Source of the DNA: an uncultured virus (IMG/VR IMGVR_UViG_3300035703_000051)
Lineage: Duplodnaviria > Heunggongvirae > Uroviricota > Caudoviricetes
Length of the DNA stretch: 64,000 nt
Direction: 5' to 3' (one strand)
Virus record (IMG/VR): IMGVR_UViG_3300035703_000051
Shown: positions 37,221-45,343 of the stretch, one piece after another
Layout: each line of letters opens with the position of its first letter
Position numbering within the stretch: position 1 is the stretch's first letter
Position numbers and translations under genes: made by a program
Notes under the pieces: generated by a model
What the model saw: the letters and a program-made list of their open reading frames with translations, nothing else
Database searches by the model: none
What the model was told of the DNA's origin: nothing

Positions 37221-37574
37221 TCAATTAATTGCTACTGCTTTGCCTAACGAAATAAATGCACTTGTATCAAATGCAGACCAGCTCGTTGTGCCATCGCCGT
37301 TTGTTACTAAGTAATAACCTGAGGTACCAACGGAGGCTGGGAAGGAGAATAAACCATAGGGCCTTACATCTCCAGAGCCACTGATGACCGTTACGTTCCC
37401 GCTTGTTTTATAGACAGCTCCAGAGATAATCCCTGTGGTCGAAATATTCTTAGTTCCTGGATCAACAATGCCAGCAGTAATAGCAGCGACGGCAATACCA
37501 GAAACAGAAGACGTTACTTCCCCTGTAGGCGTTGTATAAGCTAATGTGTCTGCTTTAGCTGTTCCGTATGCCAT
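37221..37574 (-). CDS. Short tail-fibre-like protein (paralog)
   Basis: Same shared core; GTSGYYLVTNGDGTTSW. Confidence 0.65.
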   Translation of the reverse strand: MAYGTAKADTLAYTTPTGEVTSSVSGIAVAAITAGIVDPGTKNISTTGIISGAVYKTSGNVTVISGSGDVRPYGLFSFPASVGTSGYYLVTNGDGTTSWSAFDTSAFISLGKAVAIN

Positions 37575-37598
37575 GGTATTTTTATTTCCTATTCTAAC

Positions 37599-39887
37599 TT
37601 AAACAATACGCCAGTAAGAACCACTTGGAATCGTAACAACAATACCAGATGCAACTTCCACTGGTCCTGCCGAAAGCCCGTTGTAGCCTGTATCTAAAAC
37701 AATACTACTGGCGATGACGGCTTTATTCTGGAAGATTAAAGATTTAACTGAGCCACCAAAGAAGCCATAACCACTGACCTCAATGTTTCCAGTTGTTGTT
37801 TGTGTAAAGTTTGCAACCGTGAAGTTACCAGTGGTGGCCGTAACAGTTACAGCTTCGATCAAAGTACCTGTAATGTAGGTACCAGAAACTCGATCTGTAA
37901 ATGTACCACTTACTCCAGTTAACGTTCCAAAAACACCTGTATTGCCTGTTACAAGAGCACCTGAAATCCTGGGACTATCAACACGAGTTGTCCCCGTAAT
38001 ATATGCAATTGTTGCTTCTTGTCCAACAATGCTTTCACCTGAGAGTTCTGTTGTAAAACAACCGCTAACACCTTCAACAAGACCAAAACGTCCCGATACA
38101 CCGGTAACGATTTGACCTGAAATCTGTGTCGTAAAGACACCAGATACACCTGTAACAGCCGTTGCCTGGATCGTGTTTCCAGTGATCAGGGCACCCGATA
38201 CCTGCGTTGTGAAGATACCGGATACGCCTGTGACACTGGTGAACTGACCAGCGTTACCTGTAACAACAGCACCAGATACACGATCCGTAAAGATACCGCT
38301 AACGCCGGTGATTCGAGTAAAGGAACCCGTCGCACCGGTTACGGTTGCACCTGAAATCTGAGAAGTAAAGACTCCCGATACACCTGTAACCTCTGTAAAT
38401 CTCCCCGTGTTTCCGGTTACGACAGAACCAGAAACAACACCAAAAATACCAGTGACAAAATTACCGGTCGTTGCGTTGACGGTGTTGCCGGTGATTGTTG
38501 CGCCACTCAACGTGGAAGTAAACGTTCCGGTCGCCGCCGTAATTGTTGTGAATAAACCAGAAGCACCAGTAATCGTTACGCCTGAAATACTGGTTAAACC
38601 GTAGATTTCATTACCGGTCAGGACACCAAAAGTGCCGGTAATTCCGGTAACGGTGCCACCAGATATCGTGCCGCTAACCGTAAAGCCAGACGAAATAGTA
38701 CCGTTGCCACTGACGACAAGATTTCCACCCGCAACAATGTTGCCAGTAGTATCAATCGTCGGAATTGAAATAGTATTTGTAAAGACACCCGTCAGTGCTT
38801 CAATTCTTTGGAATAAACCACTGACACCAGTGATTGTTTGTCCAGAAACCCGAGACGTAAATACGCCGGTTGTTCCTGTAATGGACGTAAACTGGCCAAC
38901 GCCTCCTGTTATAACAGCACCGGAAACAGCACTGGTGAATACACCTGAAACACCCGTAATAACAGTTGCGTTAACGGATGTTCCTGTAATCGCACTACCC
39001 GATAACTGAGTAGTGAATGTACCAAGGCTACCAGTGAGATTGGTAAAAGCACCCGTGGCACCAGTAACGGTTGTACCTGAAACACGCGTCGTAAAGGTGC
39101 CAGAAACACCCGTAAGATTCGCAAATAAGCCGGTGGCTCCTGTAACGGTTAAACCGGAGACGCTGGTGGTGAAGGTACCAGAAACGCCAGTGAGATTGGA
39201 AAATAAACCCGTAGCTCCGGTAACCGTTAGACCTGAGACTTGTGTTGTAAAGACGCCGCTAATTCCAGTAATGGTCGAAGCACGTACCGTATTACCTGTT
39301 ACGACAGCACCTGAAGCTTGAGTCGTAAAGACTCCGTTAACACCCGTGACATTTGTTCCACTAAAACTGGAGAAAAGTCCAGTAGCGCCTGTGATTGTTT
39401 GACCGGTTAGCGATTGAAATTGTCCTGTTGTTCCAGTAATTGTTGTACCACTAATCCTTGTGAAATTACCAGTACCAACAGTTTCTGTACCAGCGATTAA
39501 TGTGGTGAAATTACCAGTTACAGAATTAACGTTAACCGCTTGAAAGGTTTGACCTGTAAACGTAGTGCCACTGGTTAAAGCGTTAAATGTTGCACCACTA
39601 TTAACAACAAGATACGAAAAAGTTCCGGTGTTGGTTACGGTGATATTTGCTGGCGTAAAATCACCACTAACAGTAAGATTGCCTCCAACTGTTAAGTTGC
39701 CTGCTATCGTTCCACCCGTCAGCTGCAGGTAATAATCATTAAAATATTGCTTAGTGCTTGCAAATGTAAATTTTTTATTCTTTAGCCCAGGATCAACTTC
39801 GGCTACATCAACGACCATTAAAAGATCATCGTCGTTGATGGACGACGATGAAATTGCTGGTAATTCAGATATACGCCTGTTGGCCAC
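37599..39887 (-). CDS. Tail fibre protein
   Basis: N-terminal RRISELP; long Thr/Gly repeats (TGVSGVFTTQVSG); C-terminal GLSAGPV...TIPSGSYWRIV. Confidence 0.8.
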   Translation of the reverse strand: MANRRISELPAISSSSINDDDLLMVVDVAEVDPGLKNKKFTFASTKQYFNDYYLQLTGGTIAGNLTVGGNLTVSGDFTPANITVTNTGTFSYLVVNSGATFNALTSGTTFTGQTFQAVNVNSVTGNFTTLIAGTETVGTGNFTRISGTTITGTTGQFQSLTGQTITGATGLFSSFSGTNVTGVNGVFTTQASGAVVTGNTVRASTITGISGVFTTQVSGLTVTGATGLFSNLTGVSGTFTTSVSGLTVTGATGLFANLTGVSGTFTTRVSGTTVTGATGAFTNLTGSLGTFTTQLSGSAITGTSVNATVITGVSGVFTSAVSGAVITGGVGQFTSITGTTGVFTSRVSGQTITGVSGLFQRIEALTGVFTNTISIPTIDTTGNIVAGGNLVVSGNGTISSGFTVSGTISGGTVTGITGTFGVLTGNEIYGLTSISGVTITGASGLFTTITAATGTFTSTLSGATITGNTVNATTGNFVTGIFGVVSGSVVTGNTGRFTEVTGVSGVFTSQISGATVTGATGSFTRITGVSGIFTDRVSGAVVTGNAGQFTSVTGVSGIFTTQVSGALITGNTIQATAVTGVSGVFTTQISGQIVTGVSGRFGLVEGVSGCFTTELSGESIVGQEATIAYITGTTRVDSPRISGALVTGNTGVFGTLTGVSGTFTDRVSGTYITGTLIEAVTVTATTGNFTVANFTQTTTGNIEVSGYGFFGGSVKSLIFQNKAVIASSIVLDTGYNGLSAGPVEVASGIVVTIPSGSYWRIV

Positions 39888-39936
39888 CTATTAAACCACA
39901 ATTCCTATAATCTAAATTATAGGAGATCTGTGTTTA

Positions 39937-40311
39937 TTACTTCATCTTGATTTCAATCTGCGGCAACCGATCTGCGGCAAATTTTACAAGACTTGGAACT
40001 CCATAAACAATTCCACAGGAGATTGCAAAAACAACAATAAGCTCGGCAACAGTTAGGTTTCTGCGCAAATAAATAATCTTAGGTGGTGTCGGTTGTGGCA
40101 ACGGACGCGAAGGGGCAACCAACTGCTCCGGGGGTTGAGTAGGTACTTGGGCGGGCATGCCCTTGCTTACTAAAAACTGTTGGATGGCAAGTTCACGGGC
40201 CTTGGCCTTCATGGCCTCAACGTCTGGGTAAGCAGGGGGAACCATCTCCTGTTGTTCCATATTCTGTTGAGGAATTGGAGGTTGACTGATCGGAATTTCG
40301 TTTTCCATCAT
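39937..40311 (-). CDS. Membrane-anchored hypothetical protein
   Basis: Pro/Gln-rich with one C-terminal hydrophobic segment. Confidence 0.65.
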   Translation of the reverse strand: MMENEIPISQPPIPQQNMEQQEMVPPAYPDVEAMKAKARELAIQQFLVSKGMPAQVPTQPPEQLVAPSRPLPQPTPPKIIYLRRNLTVAELIVVFAISCGIVYGVPSLVKFAADRLPQIEIKMK

Positions 40312-40362
40312 CTAGCAAAAACTTTGTTTATACATTAGCATTTCTGAAAAAGAAACGCATCA

Positions 40363-40773
40363 ATGGCAACGTTTGGTATCAGGAAAGGATTGGAGGACGT
40401 TGCGCATGAACTCAAGGGTATTCGTAATATTCTTGCATCCATGTGGCATAGTCGTTATCAAAACGGAGAAGCAGACCTGTTAAATCCTGAGGCTTTTGCT
40501 GACGAGTACATCTCAACAGAAGAATGTGGCAGGCGTCTTGGCATCTCCGATCAAACTGTGCGAAATTGGATTACACTTGGAAGGCATAACCCTAAAAAAG
40601 GATGGGTTGAAGGAATCCACTATGTAAATGTCAGTCCAGATCCAGGGAAAAAAGCAGTGATCCGAATTCCCTGGAATCATCTGGTTCAGTCTTTTGCAAA
40701 AAATAAAAAAACTGAAAGCACTGACCTACATAAAGGACCTTTATATCGAAGCTTGAATGGGAACAACCAATAA
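40363..40773 (+). CDS. HTH DNA-binding protein
   Basis: YISTEECGRRLGISDQTVRNWI and WVEGIHY. Confidence 0.75.
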   Translation: MATFGIRKGLEDVAHELKGIRNILASMWHSRYQNGEADLLNPEAFADEYISTEECGRRLGISDQTVRNWITLGRHNPKKGWVEGIHYVNVSPDPGKKAVIRIPWNHLVQSFAKNKKTESTDLHKGPLYRSLNGNNQ

Positions 40774-41231
40774 TGGGACATCGTTTTAAAGGGATTGATA
40801 TTTATGCCGTCAATCTTGAAAACTATTCTGAGCTTTTACCAATGTCATTGGCAGAGCAAGTAGAAACTTTCCTGCCTCCAGAGGGCTCTTTCGATACTGG
40901 TTGTTTAATCAGATATCTAGAAAACATAAAAAACTATGAAGAAGAAGACGAAAATTCAAACATGACGTTAGCAAATCGTTTGCGTTTAGCTTTCAAGGAT
41001 CTGGTGCCAGATACGATCTGCGGTAAATTCCCGTTAGCGGAACTGCCCCTTAAAAGACGACTGCGTTGTGTGGCTGAATACTTAATTCGCTCTGGAGAAT
41101 TTGACAAATTAAAAGACGAACGGGGTAAGCTCATTAAAAAACGTGGTAATTTAGGCAAAATGGTCGTCATCTACCAACCGTTACCTAAGCTGCTGGAATC
41201 ATTAACACGTCAAGGATTGATTGAAAAATGA
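40773..41231 (+). CDS. Hypothetical protein
   Basis: TAATG coupling; 152 aa. Confidence 0.7.
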   Translation: MGHRFKGIDIYAVNLENYSELLPMSLAEQVETFLPPEGSFDTGCLIRYLENIKNYEEEDENSNMTLANRLRLAFKDLVPDTICGKFPLAELPLKRRLRCVAEYLIRSGEFDKLKDERGKLIKKRGNLGKMVVIYQPLPKLLESLTRQGLIEK

Positions 41232-41617
41232 ACCGCCGAGAAAAGCTGATTAATTCTGTGTTGGGTCCAGAAATGAACAAGACTAGCGCCAGGATGCTCA
41301 ATGCAACCATCAAGCTGGTACTTGGTGACATGGGGCAACACTACTGCAAAATGTGGGAAGCGGAAGGGCCTGGTGTCATGGTCTTCCAACCTGAAGACAA
41401 AGAACGTTCTATGTTTTTTTGGACACTGGAAGAAATCCACTCAGCACAAGAAAAATGTGAAGATCAAAATAACGGTGATTTAGCTGAAACATTCAGGCGG
41501 ATTTTGGAAGCTGCACAGAAAATCGATCCTATAGAAAAAGCGGGGTATGTCATCAATGACAAAGATGGCATCCGTTATTTAGAAATTGATTACAACAAAG
41601 CATCAGAAAAGAAATGA
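41228..41617 (+). CDS. Hypothetical protein
   Basis: ATGA coupling; 129 aa. Confidence 0.7.
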   Translation: MNRREKLINSVLGPEMNKTSARMLNATIKLVLGDMGQHYCKMWEAEGPGVMVFQPEDKERSMFFWTLEEIHSAQEKCEDQNNGDLAETFRRILEAAQKIDPIEKAGYVINDKDGIRYLEIDYNKASEKK

Positions 41618-42201
41618 GCATTACTTCTCCTGGGTATAAAAAAGAAGATCTCGAGCTGATCACCAATTATGATTTGGTGTCTGCAGCTCATGCTTTACTG
41701 GATGGGATCCAGCTGGATGTAGCTAGCTCAATCACTGCAAATACGTTTGTAGAAGCAGAGCATTTTTATACGCCAACGGAGGATGGGTTAAATAATCAAC
41801 AGTGGTTTGGTCGTGTGTATCTCTTTCCTCCCAGTGGTGCGTATTTTTGGGAAGCCAAAAACGAACGATGGAAAATGACGCGAGCAACATCTAAAACCTT
41901 GCGCTCATCTCATGCTGTTTGGTTTGAGAAGCTGTATAAATCTTGGCTTTCTGGAGAAATTGAGCAAGGGTTGTATTTTTCAAATTGCCCCGATATGTTC
42001 AGGTATGACCAAAGGATCTTTGACTTTCCAATCTGCATTCTAAAAACAGCGCCCACTTTAAAAAAAAATACGAGCACTGGCGTAACTATTCACAAAACTT
42101 GTACTTCATTTTTGGTTTACCTGCAGCCCCAGGATCGAGTCGCAGATGCGACAGAACGATTTATCGACATCTACTCAGAAAAAGGTCGCATTCTCATTTG
42201 A
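41614..42201 (+). CDS. Phage N6-adenine methyltransferase-like protein with altered catalytic motif
   Basis: LDVASS..AN...FYT..EDGL..QWFGRVYL, then FPPS where NPPY is expected. Confidence 0.65.
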   Translation: MSITSPGYKKEDLELITNYDLVSAAHALLDGIQLDVASSITANTFVEAEHFYTPTEDGLNNQQWFGRVYLFPPSGAYFWEAKNERWKMTRATSKTLRSSHAVWFEKLYKSWLSGEIEQGLYFSNCPDMFRYDQRIFDFPICILKTAPTLKKNTSTGVTIHKTCTSFLVYLQPQDRVADATERFIDIYSEKGRILI

Positions 42202-42233
42202 ATTCGGTATAGTGATATCGATTGAGTTGTGTC

Positions 42234-42821
42234 ATGAGCGTATTAGCTGACTGGGAAATCCGAGAACTGGCTGAAAAAAAGGGGATGATTAAACCCTTTG
42301 TAGACCACTTGGTCAGCAAAGAGAATGATCGCAAACTTCTCAGTTACGGTCTAAGCTCATATGGTTATGACATCCGGCTTTCTCCAGAACAATGCTTAAT
42401 CTTTGGTAAGGTACAGGCCGGAGATTGTGATCCAAAAAACTTTGATCCCGACATCTTGAAACCAGCAGACTTGCTGGAGGATGAACGGGGGCAATATTTC
42501 TTGCTGCCTCCATATGGCTATTGCCTAGGCGTCGCGCAAGAACGTCTCAAGCTCCCTGGCGACGTAACGGTTGTTGCTGTTGGTAAATCAACGTATGCTC
42601 GTTCTGGCATCTTGGTGAATATCACGCCAGCTGAGAGTGGATGGGAAGGTTACCTGACGCTTGAAATCAGCAATTGCACCGGACTCTTCAATCGAATTTA
42701 TGCCAATGAAGGGATCACCCAGCTGTTGTTCTATCGCGGTAATCCTTGCGAGGTAACGTACCAAGACCGAAAGGGTAAGTACCAAAACCAAGAAAGAGAA
42801 GTTGTTTTCTCTCGTGCTTAA
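42234..42821 (+). CDS. dcd: dCTP deaminase
   Basis: SYGLSSYGYDIR, GKSTYARSG, GWEGYLTLE and GKYQNQ motifs. Confidence 0.95.
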   Translation: MSVLADWEIRELAEKKGMIKPFVDHLVSKENDRKLLSYGLSSYGYDIRLSPEQCLIFGKVQAGDCDPKNFDPDILKPADLLEDERGQYFLLPPYGYCLGVAQERLKLPGDVTVVAVGKSTYARSGILVNITPAESGWEGYLTLEISNCTGLFNRIYANEGITQLLFYRGNPCEVTYQDRKGKYQNQEREVVFSRA

Positions 42822-43195
42822 CCAAAAGGCTTGCCAAATTGCCCTTGAGGTTTGTTGGCATAGTTAGTTCCGCCTCCCCGACCAAAGCGTTCGCCTAGGT
42901 TGGGGATAACAGTTCCTCCCATGTCTAGAGAACTACGTGGTGTTTTTCCTTTAATCTGTGGATCTGCAATATCAGAACGCTGTTTGTACGCCGCAGCACT
43001 TTTTGCTGCTTTTGTAAAACGAGCAACACGTTCTTGCTGGTTATTAATTTCAGCAACAGAACTTCTTTCTTCTGGATCTAGACGACGTAAGTCTGTATCG
43101 TACGCCTGTTCGGGACGAAGATCTGATACCTCAGCACCAGAGGTTCCTCCGGACCTTTGTCCCGTTTCGTATAAAGGACTGTATATGCTTGCCAT
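42818..43195 (-). CDS. Hypothetical protein
   Basis: 125 aa with a -10-like TACAAT upstream. Confidence 0.6.
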   Translation of the reverse strand: MASIYSPLYETGQRSGGTSGAEVSDLRPEQAYDTDLRRLDPEERSSVAEINNQQERVARFTKAAKSAAAYKQRSDIADPQIKGKTPRSSLDMGGTVIPNLGERFGRGGGTNYANKPQGQFGKPFG

Positions 43196-43221
43196 GATAA
43201 TATTGTAAATGAGATAACTTT

Positions 43222-43575
43222 ATGTCTATATCAATGCATACTGCAGCTGGTTTCTTAGATAGCTTTGTACAAGATGAGCTGAAATGCCGTTGTTTAACGG
43301 AACAAGATTTTGGCGCTCCTCTCGATAACGAGGAAAATGATGTACCCTTATATGATATGTATAACCGAGGTTTGGTTGCATGCGAGCAAGGACTGGAGCG
43401 GAATCCATTGAATCTCGAGGGGCAACGTCCTGGAACGACTGGTTTGATCCCATCGATGGAACAGGGCTTAGCAATGGGGGCATCACCAAAGCCGAAAACA
43501 CTGGTGCTGGAATTGGAAGGACCGGAAGAGGAAGAGAAGATTCTGTCAGCCAAGCGGCGGGGCTTGATGCGTTGA
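43222..43575 (+). CDS. Hypothetical protein
   Basis: 117-aa ORF. Confidence 0.6.
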   Translation: MSISMHTAAGFLDSFVQDELKCRCLTEQDFGAPLDNEENDVPLYDMYNRGLVACEQGLERNPLNLEGQRPGTTGLIPSMEQGLAMGASPKPKTLVLELEGPEEEEKILSAKRRGLMR

Positions 43576-43862
43576 ATGAATGTAAGGATGGTGTATGCCC
43601 TGTGCCCTGGGCAGTAAAGGAAGAAACTCCGGTAGTTGTGCCAGATACAGTCAACCATCCCTCTCATTACACCGATGGGGGCATCGAATGCATCGAAGCA
43701 ATCGAGGCGGCTTTAACCAACGAAGAATTCCGTGGTTACTGCAAGGGAAACTGCATGAAGTATATTTGGCGTGAAAAGCATAAAGGCGGGACAGAATCAC
43801 TGAAGAAAGCACAGTGGTACCTGGATCGATTAATTCAACTTGACGAAGCTCAAAACGGTTGA
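43380..43862 (+). CDS. DUF3310-like protein
   Basis: DTVNHPSHYTDGGIECIEAI...GNCMKYIWR..HKGG.ESLKKAQWYL. Start uncertain (ATG43380 or TTG43572). Confidence 0.8.
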   Translation: MRARTGAESIESRGATSWNDWFDPIDGTGLSNGGITKAENTGAGIGRTGRGREDSVSQAAGLDALNECKDGVCPVPWAVKEETPVVVPDTVNHPSHYTDGGIECIEAIEAALTNEEFRGYCKGNCMKYIWREKHKGGTESLKKAQWYLDRLIQLDEAQNG

Positions 43863-44146
43863 AGCTCGTCGTCATCGTCCTCGTCGTCGCACACAAATGC
43901 GGCGGCGAGTTCTGCTAGTTCCAGATCAGTAGGGATATCGAAGTCAATGGAGATATTTTCATCAGCCAAGATGTCTTTAATCGCAAACCACTCCATCAGG
44001 CGCTGGTGATAGAGATTGAGCAGTGCAGCATATAGCTGTTCCCATGTCATCTCTTGAGCTTCTAACTCAGCTCTACGCATGGAGAACTGAAGTTCGAGAG
44101 GAAGCTCAAACTGCCGCGATTCCACCGACTTTTCCATGGCATCCAC
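43850..44146 (-). CDS. nblA: NblA-like phycobilisome degradation protein
   Basis: ELPLELQFSMRRAELEAQEMTWEQLYAALLNLYHQRL, followed by an acidic tail. Confidence 0.7.
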   Translation of the reverse strand: MDAMEKSVESRQFELPLELQFSMRRAELEAQEMTWEQLYAALLNLYHQRLMEWFAIKDILADENISIDFDIPTDLELAELAAAFVCDDEDDDDELQPF

Positions 44147-44164
44147 GATTTCTATTAGTTTATT

Positions 44165-44827
44165 CTACGACCACGCATTAATCAATCTGTCTTGGTCCAG
44201 GAGGTCATCAATCCAGCTGGTGCGATCCAAATTAAAAGAATTTGCAAAGGATGTAAGAACATACGGATTGATCAGGGTTTCCAGCTCTTTGATGGCATCA
44301 ATCTCCTGCTGGGAGCCAGTGTAGTTCCTAAATGCCTTCAGAAGGATGTTGGGAGAGCATTCCTGGATTGGGTTGATGTCGTACAGGAAAAGACTGATCT
44401 CTTCCTTGCGACGGTTCAAGAGGCCTCCTGTGGCATTGCCCTCATGGTCAAAGATCCACTTCATCATGCAATCGATAACTGCTGACCATTCTTCATTTTC
44501 AATGTCATCCAAGATCTCGCTGTAACGAAATGGTTCCCAGCCAATGGAGTGAATAAAAGAAAGTAATGCCTGGTTCATGTGGCAGTCAAGCTTTACATTC
44601 TCTTTTTCCAAGAGAGAATCAATGACTTCTAACTCATGGAGCAGATACTCCAGTGCTTTCTGCTCTGTGCAGCAGTGGTTCTTAAGTACAGGACTTCCGT
44701 CTGGATAATACTGACTACCAAAACCAAAAGTAAAAGGCGCACCTCCGGTCGTAGGATCGGGGTACGCCTTCTCGTTAAAGCCTTCGTATTTACGAATTAA
44801 CTCAACGGCAGAACGATAATCCTTCAT
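44165..44827 (-). CDS. Phage lysozyme (GH24-like)
   Basis: IRKYEGFNEKAYPD...TFGFG, ALLSF and GLLNRRKEE motifs. Confidence 0.8.
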   Translation of the reverse strand: MKDYRSAVELIRKYEGFNEKAYPDPTTGGAPFTFGFGSQYYPDGSPVLKNHCCTEQKALEYLLHELEVIDSLLEKENVKLDCHMNQALLSFIHSIGWEPFRYSEILDDIENEEWSAVIDCMMKWIFDHEGNATGGLLNRRKEEISLFLYDINPIQECSPNILLKAFRNYTGSQQEIDAIKELETLINPYVLTSFANSFNLDRTSWIDDLLDQDRLINAWS

Positions 44828-44862
44828 GGAGATATTTAACAATATCTCCAATCATACATAAA

Positions 44863-44988
44863 TTATTTACCTTGACCACGGGACAATTTACGTCCGTGAT
44901 TTGCTTTGGAATGTTTTCCATCGCCCTGTCTGGTTAGCTTTGGCTTGGACTCAAGTTTGATGGATGCACTTGATTTGGGTTTTGCCAT
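44863..44988 (-). CDS. 41-aa basic protein (not in ORF track)
   Basis: MAKPKSS...KLTRQGDGKHSK...SRGQGK. Confidence 0.65.
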   Translation of the reverse strand: MAKPKSSASIKLESKPKLTRQGDGKHSKANHGRKLSRGQGK

Positions 44989-45043
44989 GCTGGTAAAAAG
45001 TCAGCCCATGCAGCTTAGCGGAAAAATCACCATTTGGCCTTAT

Positions 45044-45343
45044 CTACCACTTAACGCGATGCGACCAATATCTAGCAGACATGATGTTAGGATTTGCATC
45101 TTGAGCATTATGCCTCGCGTAATAAGACCGCTTCCGTGCTTTATCTTTTTCTGTTTTGGGGTGCTTGCCTGCACCTTCTACACCTTGCTGACCGAAACGA
45201 ATGATCTTTTCTTCCCCATCTTTACATGCTTTTACAACATGTGATTTGGTTGGGTGGCTGGGAGTTTTCCTTGCTTTATTACATGCCATCTTGTCTTTAG
45301 CAAGCTTGGCGGCAGATGCAGCTTTTTTTCTTTTGTCTGACAT
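45044..45343 (-). CDS. Small basic protein
   Basis: KSHVVKAC...IIRFGQQG...SYYARH...SARYWS. Confidence 0.75.
   Translation of the reverse strand: MSDKRKKAASAAKLAKDKMACNKARKTPSHPTKSHVVKACKDGEEKIIRFGQQGVEGAGKHPKTEKDKARKRSYYARHNAQDANPNIMSARYWSHRVKW

Noticed and set aside
38407..39321. Pro/Val-rich + strand ORFs opposite the tail fibre
   Set aside because: Mirror translation of the Thr/Gly repeats.
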